Made by a program: the position numbers and the translations under genes
DNA from: an uncultured virus (IMG/VR IMGVR_UViG_3300007511_001544)
Taxonomy: Duplodnaviria > Heunggongvirae > Uroviricota > Caudoviricetes
Direction: 5' to 3' (one strand)
IMG/VR virus record: IMGVR_UViG_3300007511_001544
Span: 62,001-118,568 of that record
DNA: 56,568 nt
Notes under the pieces: model-generated
What the model saw: the letters and a program-made list of their open reading frames with translations, nothing else
Told to the model about the DNA's origin: nothing
Databases searched by the model: none
Shown: positions 20,150 to 27,616 of the stretch, one piece after another
How the letters are laid out: every line of letters begins with the position of its first letter
Numbering within the stretch: the first letter of the stretch is position 1

Positions 20150-22390
20150 TTAGACTGGTAACGCTGTTCCGTGAGTCAACTCGACAACCTGTAGCATTCC
20201 ACCAGAGACTGAGATCATGAAATCCTTTAAAGCTCCTGCATCGTTGGTTCCTTGCAAAACCATCCTTGGAATGAGTGCAGCATTCGCCGCCGTGCTGATA
20301 TCACTACTTGAGATGTAAAGAGCAGCCTTATGGTTACTGCCGTTTGCACTACCCGTGTTCGAGCAATGAACACCAGCGCCGACTCCGCCCGAAAGCGAGC
20401 CTTCACCATAGACTTTAACTGCGCCTTGCGATTCGAGCGAGCCCACCTGCGCTCCACCCGCAGCAACCAGGGCACCTGCGCTACTGATCGAGCCCTGTCC
20501 GCCAGCGACGGAGAGGCTTTGACCTTGGAGAGCGCCAGCACCAGAAACAACACCGGCAAGAGAGATCGTTGCCTCTTCAGTTGTTAAAGCTCCAAATGCA
20601 CCCGGTCCAGCACCCGAAACAGTGGTTACTGCCGAAACCGCACCAGCTTGTGATATTATATCAGCGCCATTTATGGTCAACTTAGCACCAGCAAGCGATG
20701 AAGCACCAGAGATGCTTGTCACATTAGTTATAGCCTTTTCATCGGTAACAATGATTGAGTTGCCCAACTCCAGTGCCATTCCCGAAATTATCCCAGCGCC
20801 AGAGATTGCCCCGGCAACAGAAATTGTTGCTTCTTCTGTCGTCAGAGATGCACCAGCTACATTGCCAGCACCTGAAACTGTGGTCTTGGCTAACAGAGAT
20901 GCCGAGGTTTCAATAGCATTATTACTGAGAATCTTGGATGTAAAAAGGTTTATTTTAATATTACCCGAGAGCGCAGTTGGCTGAAAGGTTTCAGCAGTCA
21001 AAGTACCGGAGACATTCATATCATTGGCGAAAAGATCTCCTAAGAAAGTACCACCGCCTGAAGATGAAACAACACCATTTTTATTAACATTAAATATATT
21101 AGCAACCTTGAGTGACTGACCTTGTACAGCACCTGCGCCTGACATAACACCGGCAACAGAAATTGTTGCTTCTTCTGTCGTCAGAGATGCACCAGCTACA
21201 TTGCCAGCACCTGAAACTGTGGTTACTGCCGCAACCGCACCAGCGGTTGTAACAACATCGCTGTTTGCAATGGTGAGCTTTTGTCCTTGTACAGCACCTG
21301 CGCCTGACATAACACCGGCAACAGAAATTGTCGCTTCTTCGGTTGTTAGGCTCGCACCCTGTACGGCACCCGCACCAGAAACAACACCGGCAACAGAGAT
21401 TGTTGCCTCTTCTGTCGTTAAAGATGCACCAGCTACATTGCCAGCACCCGAGACCGTAGTCTTGGCCACCAAAGATGACGAAGCAGCGAAAGATAAACCA
21501 GTAACAGCTTTTACAAAGTGTGCAGCACCAGAACCTGACACATCACCGTCGCTTTGTACCTTAAAGAGGTTGGCAACAGTAAGTGCTTGTCCTGAGACAG
21601 CACCAGCACCAGAAATAACACCTGCGGCTGTTATGGTAGCTTCCTCTGTCACTAGGTTCTGTCCACTGACAGCACCAGCACCAGAAACAGTGGTTGGAGC
21701 TACAAGAGCACCAGCCTGGGTTACAACATCCGTTCCGTTGATGGTTAGTTTTGCACCAGCCAGCGACGAAGCACCCGAAACAGTGGTTACTGCCGCAACC
21801 GCACCAGCGGTTGTAACAACATCGCTGTTTGCAATGGTGAGCTTTTGTCCTTGGACAGCGCCAGCACCGGAAATAACACCGGCAACAGAAATCGTTGCCT
21901 CTTCCGACGTCAGAGATGCACCAGCTACATTGCCAGCGCCTGAAACGTCGGTTCCAGCAATAACTTTGTTAGTGCCGGAAATTTGCCCATTAGCTGAGAA
22001 TGTATAACTTTCACCCTCACCACCAGTGAACTCACCAGCGTCAGTAAAACTCACCAAAGTATTACTTTGAATAAGTTTACCAGTTGTACCATCAAAACGA
22101 ACAACAGCGTTGTCAGTCGCTGAACTTGGTCCAGTAACATCACCATTGGTATCCTTCAATGCTCCGCTCAAGTAGTTAAGAGCTTGAATAATAGAACCAG
22201 AGGCGTTACCAAAACTATCACTAAGATAGAAGCGACTCCACTCGTTCGTGGTTAAATTACTTAATCCACCAAGAACTGTTCCTGAAACTGGAAGTGCTAA
22301 AAACTCCCCTGAAGAACCTGTGACAATTCCACCGACCATTGCCATGTTGGCCTGAAAAGAACCACTATCACCTGCTAAACCGAAAGCCAT
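20150..22390 (-). CDS. Fibre-like virion protein, long paralog with internal repeats
   Basis: Repeated VSGAG.V.G..LTTEEATISVAG units; AGGAGG RBS. Confidence 0.7.
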   Translation of the reverse strand: MAFGLAGDSGSFQANMAMVGGIVTGSSGEFLALPVSGTVLGGLSNLTTNEWSRFYLSDSFGNASGSIIQALNYLSGALKDTNGDVTGPSSATDNAVVRFDGTTGKLIQSNTLVSFTDAGEFTGGEGESYTFSANGQISGTNKVIAGTDVSGAGNVAGASLTSEEATISVAGVISGAGAVQGQKLTIANSDVVTTAGAVAAVTTVSGASSLAGAKLTINGTDVVTQAGALVAPTTVSGAGAVSGQNLVTEEATITAAGVISGAGAVSGQALTVANLFKVQSDGDVSGSGAAHFVKAVTGLSFAASSSLVAKTTVSGAGNVAGASLTTEEATISVAGVVSGAGAVQGASLTTEEATISVAGVMSGAGAVQGQKLTIANSDVVTTAGAVAAVTTVSGAGNVAGASLTTEEATISVAGVMSGAGAVQGQSLKVANIFNVNKNGVVSSSGGGTFLGDLFANDMNVSGTLTAETFQPTALSGNIKINLFTSKILSNNAIETSASLLAKTTVSGAGNVAGASLTTEEATISVAGAISGAGIISGMALELGNSIIVTDEKAITNVTSISGASSLAGAKLTINGADIISQAGAVSAVTTVSGAGPGAFGALTTEEATISLAGVVSGAGALQGQSLSVAGGQGSISSAGALVAAGGAQVGSLESQGAVKVYGEGSLSGGVGAGVHCSNTGSANGSNHKAALYISSSDISTAANAALIPRMVLQGTNDAGALKDFMISVSGGMLQVVELTHGTALPV
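20800..21950 (-). repeat. Intragenic imperfect tandem repeats with exact DNA duplications
   Basis: The block gtggttactgccgcaaccgcaccagcggttgtaacaacatcgctgtttgcaatggtgagcttttgtccttg occurs near 21219 and near 21783; cagagatgcaccagctacattgccagc recurs. Confidence 0.85.
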
Positions 22391-22490
22391 AAATATTTCC
22401 TCCTATAAACTTGGTCCTTAATTACAACAATTTGTAACTTGCAAAGTACAAAACCAATTAGGAGAGGTAACTGTATTAAATAGTGTTGGG

Positions 22491-22688
22491 CTATGGAAAG
22501 TGACGCTTAATTGTCGCCATATTTTCCTCTGCCTCAGTTAACTTTTCTGTCCAGTTTTTGATTTCATCGATTAATCCTGAATGTTCACCAATTCCGACAG
22601 AATTATTTAAGTAAACTTCTAGAACCGCCAAAGCCTCATCACGTTGGGCTTCGTAATGACTCAACGCTGCTTTAAGTAATTTATTCAT
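22491..22688 (-). CDS. Small conserved phage hypothetical protein
   Basis: VGIGEHS motif, a common small phage ORF pattern; GGAGG RBS. Confidence 0.7.
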   Translation of the reverse strand: MNKLLKAALSHYEAQRDEALAVLEVYLNNSVGIGEHSGLIDEIKNWTEKLTEAEENMATIKRHFP

Positions 22689-22809
22689 CTTTTTTTTCCT
22701 CCAAGGCTTTTATTCTTTTTTCCATTTCTTTTACCTTGACTGCAAAAGCCTCTAAGGTAGAAATCATAGCCTCCTGCATTTCTTTAGTGTAAGCGATTGG
22801 ATTAGGCAT
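22681..22809 (-). CDS. Small hypothetical protein (MPNPIAY...)
   Basis: AGGAGAG RBS before ATG 22809; the ORF-track extension overlaps a tRNA. Confidence 0.6.
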   Translation of the reverse strand: MPNPIAYTKEMQEAMISTLEAFAVKVKEMEKRIKALEEKKDE

Positions 22810-22833
22810 TTTTCTCTCCTTTATAAAATAGTG

Positions 22834-22908
22834 TGGAGCGGCTACTCGGGATCGAACCGAGATCATCAGCTTGGAAGGCTGAGGTAATAACCATTATACG
22901 ATAGCCGC
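22834..22908 (-). tRNA. tRNA-Gly(TCC)
   Basis: Cloverleaf, anticodon loop CT-TCC-AA, GGTTCGATCCC, encoded CCA. Confidence 0.93.
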
Positions 22909-22911
22909 TTA

Positions 22912-22987
22912 TGGTGCCCAAAGTAGGATTCGAACCTACGACCTGATGATTACAAATCAACTGCTCTCCCATCTGAGCTATTCGGGC
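22912..22987 (-). tRNA. tRNA-Thr(TGT)
   Basis: Anticodon loop TT-TGT-AA, GGTTCGAATCC, encoded CCA. Confidence 0.93.
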
Positions 22988-22988
22988 A

Positions 22989-23065
22989 TGGTAGGGGACC
23001 TGGGACTTGAACCCAGAACCTATCGATTATGAGTCGAGTGCTCTGACCAATTGAGCTAATCCCCC
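22989..23065 (-). tRNA. tRNA with CAT anticodon, most likely tRNA-Ile2 (lysidine substrate)
   Basis: Anticodon arm TCGA-CTCATAA-TCGA like bacterial Ile2; lacks the initiator GGG/CCC anticodon stem; adjacent to tilS. Confidence 0.88.
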
Positions 23066-23665
23066 ACAGTTATTATATTCCTTTTCTACAAGTTTTTTAA
23101 ATGTTTTTTCGAGCCCTTTATTTACCTTGCGAGCATGAGGCATAATATCGTTTCTGATAATGCTTCTCATAAACTTTCTATCGGTATTCCCTGGGTCAAT
23201 CATAAACGGCACATCCTTACGTTCGCACCAATCTTCTAGCGAGCGTTTAGAGGTGGAGATAAACGGTCTATAAACGTTTTGATTCTTGTAGGGCATAAGT
23301 TTACCCTGTCCGTGCAAAGAAGAGAATAAAAACCACTCAATCACATCGTCTAAGTTGTGACCCGAAACAATAGCCATGTCGAAACTGTGAAAGAACTTAT
23401 AGCGTTCATCACGCCAATGCTCTTCAAGCGATTTTTTCGGAGGACACCCATTATAATTAATACCTACAACAAGAGGAATATCTCTATTATCGCAAAAGTT
23501 CTTTACAAATCTTTTACATTTTCGTCCGAAGTCTGTGCCGTGGTCAAAATAGACTGCGGTTACCTCATGGTTGTTGCTGAGAAAGTCTAGAATTGCCATG
23601 GAGTCTGGTCCGCCGCTGACAGCGACTCCTAATTCTCTCGGTAATTTTCCTAAGACTCGTAACAT
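23027..23665 (-). CDS. tilS: tRNA(Ile)-lysidine synthase, catalytic domain only
   Basis: PP-loop AVSGGPDS, RDERY, GHNLDD..E, RPF, D..N.D..F.R..IR; ATG 23665 after AGGGG. Confidence 0.88.
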   Translation of the reverse strand: MLRVLGKLPRELGVAVSGGPDSMAILDFLSNNHEVTAVYFDHGTDFGRKCKRFVKNFCDNRDIPLVVGINYNGCPPKKSLEEHWRDERYKFFHSFDMAIVSGHNLDDVIEWFLFSSLHGQGKLMPYKNQNVYRPFISTSKRSLEDWCERKDVPFMIDPGNTDRKFMRSIIRNDIMPHARKVNKGLEKTFKKLVEKEYNNCGGLAQLVRALDS

Positions 23666-23675
23666 CTTAACCCCT

Positions 23676-23752
<77 letters not shown>

Positions 23753-23755
23753 ATT

Positions 23756-23831
23756 TGGAGCGGATGATGGGATTCGAACCCACGACATTTTGATTGGCAA
23801 CCAAACACTCTACCATCTGAGTTACATCCGC
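23756..23831 (-). tRNA. tRNA-Gly(GCC)
   Basis: Anticodon loop TT-GCC-AA, GGTTCGAATCC, encoded CCA. Confidence 0.93.
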
Positions 23832-23859
23832 AAGTTTTGAAGAGTTTTCACCCGAACGA

Positions 23860-23998
23860 TTACGGGATTCCTGTTAGTTTTGTATCTAACCCTACAAACC
23901 GTTTTCCACACGCAACTCTTCCAAGGTATGTGGTTACTGGAGGTAGGGACGCTGGCGTTTTCTAGCTGCCTGCCAGATCGGCTCCGGTTTACCCGTAA
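23860..23998 (-). ncRNA. Candidate structured RNA upstream of the tRNA cluster
   Basis: Nested complementary pairs TTACGGG/CCCGTAA, CTGGC/GCCAG, CCCTAC/GTAGGG, CCACAT/GTGTGG, GTTAG/CTAAC. Confidence 0.4.
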
Positions 23999-24001
23999 CG
24001 C

Positions 24002-24133
24002 TTATCTTCGCCGGGTATTCTTCTTTTTCATATTCATCTGCCTTTCTCTTTCTCTTAGAATTGCTGTATAAAGCAAATACATAGACCCGCCAACAAAGGA
24101 AAGCCCAAAAAGAGTATGCAGTAACGAACTCAC
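24002..24133 (-). CDS. 43 aa membrane micro-protein (MSSLLHTLFGLSFVGG...KKKNTRRR)
   Basis: Manual translation; GTG start overlaps the upstream stop (GTGA); one hydrophobic helix and a basic tail. Confidence 0.55.
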   Translation of the reverse strand: MSSLLHTLFGLSFVGGSMYLLYTAILRERERQMNMKKKNTRRR

Positions 24134-24444
24134 AGTCCGTAGATCCCAATCACGTCTTTGGCTTTGTCTTCAAGGATATTTCCACGAGGGAAGTTCCGAG
24201 CAGGAGCCTTCCAAGAGGCAGCCTTCCAAATCAAGCCGTCCTCTTTACTGACGAAGAACCAAACACTCTTGTGGTATTCACCTTCATCTTTATAGACCTT
24301 GTAAAACTTGCCGCCCTCGGACACTTTGACCTCGGGAGCACTCAAATTGGGAAGTCTCACTTTATAGTGCTCGTTGAGCATTTCTGCACACTCGCCAACA
24401 AAGTCTTGAAGGTGAAACTCAACTTCGGGATTTGCAATAGCCAT
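24130..24444 (-). CDS. Conserved phage early hypothetical protein (KAASWKAPA family)
   Basis: FV...DG.I.KAASWKAPA...RGNI motif; AGGAGG upstream of ATG 24444. Confidence 0.75.
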   Translation of the reverse strand: MAIANPEVEFHLQDFVGECAEMLNEHYKVRLPNLSAPEVKVSEGGKFYKVYKDEGEYHKSVWFFVSKEDGLIWKAASWKAPARNFPRGNILEDKAKDVIGIYGL

Positions 24445-24445
24445 C

Positions 24446-24640
24446 TTATCTAACCTCCTGTGCCCACATCGAGTGAGTAGCTGGAACTTGACTCCGAACC
24501 TGGCGCATAGCTTCGAGGTCGTTGCGGGCATGAACAGTGCGCTTGTGGACTGTTTGGTCCTGCTGGTCAACCCGGAGACAACCGTTAACGAGATGCCCCT
24601 TCATGAACTTAACACGGAACTTTTTAAGAGAGTTTGCCAT
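24446..24640 (-). CDS. Small early hypothetical protein
   Basis: AGGAGG RBS and its own promoter. Confidence 0.7.
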   Translation of the reverse strand: MANSLKKFRVKFMKGHLVNGCLRVDQQDQTVHKRTVHARNDLEAMRQVRSQVPATHSMWAQEVR

Positions 24641-24658
24641 GTTTCCTCCTTGTATCTT

Positions 24659-24686
24659 ATATTATCACGACCTTGGCAGGTGTCAA
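24659..24686 (-). promoter_or_regulatory. Early sigma70-like promoter
   Basis: TTGACA-N16-TAATAT with extended -10 TG. Confidence 0.8.
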
Positions 24687-24691
24687 GTTTT

Positions 24692-25165
24692 TTATGAAAC
24701 TAACTCAAGGTCACGCTGGGAGTAGAAGGGGTTGTAGCGGTCTTCGCTACCATCGTACTGAACCTTGTAGTTCCCGCCGGCTTCGGCTTGGATCACCAAG
24801 GCAACCTTGCCTGCCAACTTCCAACGATTGTTGCGCTTGTTATCTTTGAAGCGCACTAGCGAACCGACCGAGTATTTGGGCGGCAGCGGAGCGAGCGTGT
24901 TGAGTGCTTGCGTAATGTTGTCATAAAAGCAGCCTGGAAAGTAGTCCGTGTGAGGGTCTGACTCTTCACCAGCACGCTTCACATGGGGAGCACTAATGCT
25001 GCCGTCCCTGTTGGTCCAAAATGACAGAAGCTGGTTGGAGCCTTCAAACTGAATGTAGACTTTGACCTGACCATTGTTGTGATAGTCATTCTGCTCAATG
25101 AAAACCTCACGGTCTACAATTTTAGCACGATTGCGAACTTTCTTGAGAGCGTTTTCTAACTTCAT
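24692..25165 (-). CDS. Early hypothetical protein with a C-terminal SH3/KOW-like barrel
   Basis: Promoter and RBS; YSVGSLVRF...GKVALV. Confidence 0.7.
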   Translation of the reverse strand: MKLENALKKVRNRAKIVDREVFIEQNDYHNNGQVKVYIQFEGSNQLLSFWTNRDGSISAPHVKRAGEESDPHTDYFPGCFYDNITQALNTLAPLPPKYSVGSLVRFKDNKRNNRWKLAGKVALVIQAEAGGNYKVQYDGSEDRYNPFYSQRDLELVS

Positions 25166-25186
25166 ATCTCTCCCCCTTACATTAGT

Positions 25187-25214
25187 ATATTATCATGGAA
25201 ACAAAGGAAGTCAA
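25187..25214 (-). promoter_or_regulatory. Early sigma70-like promoter
   Basis: TTGACT-N16-TAATAT with extended -10 TG. Confidence 0.8.
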
Positions 25215-25222
25215 GAAAAAAA

Positions 25223-25278
25223 TGAAACCGGAGGACGGAATCGAACCGCCATTTTCAACCTTCCAATTAGGCTCCGGT
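25223..25278 (-). ncRNA. tRNA-like element lacking an anticodon arm
   Basis: ACCGGAG/CTCCGGT stem, D-like GCCTAATTGGAAGG, T-arm GGCGG-TTCGATT-CCGTC, then TTCA and a T run. Confidence 0.5.
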
Positions 25279-25389
25279 GGTGAACCGAATCAGGATAATC
25301 AATCCATCATCTTATGTCTTTTATTTACCCGCTGATGAGACAGGTCAGGGAAGTCTTATCCAAATGATCAGTTCAGATTTCTTTCCCTT

Positions 25390-25527
25390 GTTGAGAAGGA
25401 AACAGTCATAAACTCAGAGCCGAGGGAGAGCATGATAACCGTCTCCATCTGTCAGTGCCGCCGCTACAGATCCCTAGGGCGAATGTCGTGGCTCGGCACT
25501 GAGTTTATGACTGTCTCTCCCTCCAAC
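25390..25527 (-). ncRNA. Candidate long-hairpin ncRNA with its own promoter
   Basis: Perfect 16 bp inverted repeat 25402-25417/25499-25514, extended by 6 bp (GCCGAG/CTCGGC); internal hairpins; no credible ORF. Confidence 0.6.
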
Positions 25528-25530
25528 AGT

Positions 25531-25558
25531 ATAATAGCACGGATTAGGGGATGGTCAA
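25531..25558 (-). promoter_or_regulatory. Early sigma70-like promoter with no ATG downstream
   Basis: TTGACC-N16-TATTAT with extended -10 TG. Confidence 0.75.
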
Positions 25559-25563
25559 GTTTT

Positions 25564-26046
25564 TTATTGCTTCCAGTTAGGGAATTTTTTTCTATACGCA
25601 CGAGCAATACAATTTACCCTCTCTGCGTATTCTAAAATCTTTTTTATATTTTTAGATTTCTGCCAGCCTGGTCCGCCATTATAGCAGGCAGCCAAGTTTA
25701 ACCCTTTACAGGCTTTGTATTTTTTCATTTCCTTTAACACTACAGCAGCAGCGACAACACCATGACCAGGGCTTGACATATCAACCAAGAATTTTTTCTT
25801 TGAAGTATATCCCCACCTCTTACCCCAAAAATTATAATTAATCTGAAATATTCCGTAATCACCCGTGTGTGAAACTCTGTTAGCTTTTACTCGTGACTCA
25901 ACCCAAGCAATCGCAATAAAATAATGAGGGTCTAAATCTAGTTTGTTTACTTGGTCTATTATAATAGCGGCGTTTGCTCGCTGATCCTCTTTAAAGTAAG
26001 ACGGATAGCCATAACCAACCAATAAAGCTATTAATAACCAAGGCAT
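25564..26046 (-). CDS. Lytic transglycosylase (SLT fold) with a hydrophobic N-terminus
   Basis: AIAWVESR (catalytic Glu), GIFQIN, ACYNGG. Confidence 0.85.
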   Translation of the reverse strand: MPWLLIALLVGYGYPSYFKEDQRANAAIIIDQVNKLDLDPHYFIAIAWVESRVKANRVSHTGDYGIFQINYNFWGKRWGYTSKKKFLVDMSSPGHGVVAAAVVLKEMKKYKACKGLNLAACYNGGPGWQKSKNIKKILEYAERVNCIARAYRKKFPNWKQ

Positions 26047-26226
26047 TCAAAAGCCACCTGGGCAACTTTCAGGCATAGGAAAAGTAGCAATTGGTTCGCA
26101 AGCAACCAACTCCTTGGGGACCTCAAAAAAGTCCATATCAATCATAAAGGTCTCCACTGCTTCACGCAGGGTAGGAGCCCAAATGGTAAAGGTTACGCCA
26201 CGGACTTCGAGTTGAAAGCAGTTCAT
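26047..26226 (-). CDS. 59 aa hypothetical protein (MNCFQLEVRG...)
   Basis: Manual translation; fills the gap exactly; AGGA RBS. Confidence 0.6.
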   Translation of the reverse strand: MNCFQLEVRGVTFTIWAPTLREAVETFMIDMDFFEVPKELVACEPIATFPMPESCPGGF

Positions 26227-26442
26227 TTATTTTTCCTTTCGTGAACGCTTGCTACGCATATATCGAAATTGTTCCTTCTGCAAATTTTGCAGAGTTAATT
26301 TGCTTTTGTTTTTTACCTTCTTCAGCAACTCTCGCTGCTTCTCTCCGTGCCTTGATCGCAGCCAAGCGATAAACATCGGTATTCCAAGCGGCAAAAATAG
26401 GGCTAATAGAATACCAACCAGTAGCGTAAATGCCGTAATCAT
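26227..26442 (-). CDS. Small membrane protein
   Basis: N-terminal TM helix, basic tail, abuts both neighbours. Confidence 0.6.
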   Translation of the reverse strand: MITAFTLLVGILLALFLPLGIPMFIAWLRSRHGEKQRELLKKVKNKSKLTLQNLQKEQFRYMRSKRSRKEK

Positions 26443-27210
26443 TCATACATATTCCTGTAGCTGGATAATTAAATCAGCAGGTCCTTCCACATGATGGTAT
26501 TTGTGGCACTTCATAGCAATGTCAAAATCATTACCATCTTTGCAAATTCTATCTCCAAAAAATACACACTGGTCTGGCGTTTCTGTCATATTTTTAAATG
26601 CATAACTTTTGTCCCAGCCGTCTCTTGTGATATCAATGGAAATTTGCCCGCCTAGGCGAAAAGAAAGTCCCCAGCCTTTAAACTCTTTTCTGAGGTGTTC
26701 TATAATTTTTTCTCTTTCTCCACTTTTCTTGTCCCATTTCACATAATCTTCTCGCTGGGCGGTTGTGCAGTTTCTCCCAACCACAGAAAAGTTAATTTGA
26801 CTGTCTCGCCATTCTACAAATGTTCCTGTTTTAATTTTGGTATGAGTCTTGTAAGCGGTTTTGAGAAGGACATTAATAATGTGATTAATATCAGCCTCAG
26901 AATAATGATCTGTTAGAGTAACCTTGTGGATTAGTTCTGGTTCTATAGGCAGATTCTCGTCATCCATATCGAGATCACAATTCCACACTCTTGTCCCGTT
27001 ACAGGCGTATATTCGGCTAAAGATATCCAAAAGAATATTTGGTGGAATTTGTTCTTCGATCTTGGCTAGGTCTGAGCCCGTAACAAGGTGTTTTTTAACA
27101 CCTGTGGAGACATTTCTTAGTGCTTTGACAACATCTTCTGAGATTGGTTGCCTGGCATCTGTCAATGTTCCGTCCATGTCAAACAGTAATACTGCTGGTT
27201 TTATTCTCAT
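26443..27210 (-). CDS. HAD-IIB phosphomannomutase (PMM/Sec53-like)
   Basis: FDMDGTLT, VTGSD, GTFVEWR..INFS.VGR, GGQISID...GWDK, FFGD...DGND. Confidence 0.88.
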   Translation of the reverse strand: MRIKPAVLLFDMDGTLTDARQPISEDVVKALRNVSTGVKKHLVTGSDLAKIEEQIPPNILLDIFSRIYACNGTRVWNCDLDMDDENLPIEPELIHKVTLTDHYSEADINHIINVLLKTAYKTHTKIKTGTFVEWRDSQINFSVVGRNCTTAQREDYVKWDKKSGEREKIIEHLRKEFKGWGLSFRLGGQISIDITRDGWDKSYAFKNMTETPDQCVFFGDRICKDGNDFDIAMKCHKYHHVEGPADLIIQLQEYV

Positions 27211-27575
27211 AAAAATAACCCTCCCCCAAGTTTAGCAGTCAAGCTTGCAAGGTCTGTTGGCGGTAGCATAAGATACGCAATTGTATCATATTCATACTCA
27301 TTACTTACATAGTATTTCTCATGAGCAGCGGAACCAAAATGATTAGTGCCAGGAAACAATAATATTGTATACACAATTATCTTTTGCCCGTCCTTATCAA
27401 GATCCCCATAAAAAGCATCAGTAATGACTCCTAACTTGTCGTGTCTTATTGCACGAACATATGTCCCCAAAGCCAGTGCCTCTTTGGGGTAAGGATCTTG
27501 CTTCATTGGGGCAAGTGAATCAAAAGCTTCTTTTAGCTTTTGAAACAAATCGCTATCTTTTTTACTGCTTTTCAT
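27207..27575 (-). CDS. Hypothetical protein
   Basis: 122 aa ORF with ATGA coupling. Confidence 0.65.
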   Translation of the reverse strand: MKSSKKDSDLFQKLKEAFDSLAPMKQDPYPKEALALGTYVRAIRHDKLGVITDAFYGDLDKDGQKIIVYTILLFPGTNHFGSAAHEKYYVSNEYEYDTIAYLMLPPTDLASLTAKLGGGLFL

Positions 27576-27616
27576 TCTATTAATATATAACTAGCTTTTT
27601 GCTTTTATTCCCTTTT

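Noticed and set aside
20150..22390. Ice-nucleation protein, autotransporter or DGR target
   Set aside because: The repeat does not match the AGYGST octamer, there is no signal peptide or beta-barrel, and there is no RT or adenine-specific TR/VR pair.
22989..23065. Calling the CAT tRNA an initiator or elongator Met
   Set aside because: It lacks the three G-C anticodon-stem pairs and C1 mismatch of initiators, has an Ile2-like arm and adjoins tilS. Elongator Met cannot be fully excluded.
23934..24149. 71 aa ORF in the track
   Set aside because: An alternative frame (24002-24133) has a coupled GTGA start and a clean TM-plus-basic-tail pattern.
25331..25360. CTGATGAG hammerhead-like core and CAGGTCAGGGAAG SRP-like string on the plus strand
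   Set aside because: There is no properly placed GAAA with stems II and III, and the SRP GGAA-loop/AGCAG pairing is missing.
25390..25527. Retron msr-msd or transposon ends as the explanation for the inverted repeat
   Set aside because: No reverse transcriptase or transposase is in the window and no target-site duplication is seen; kept only as an ncRNA candidate.
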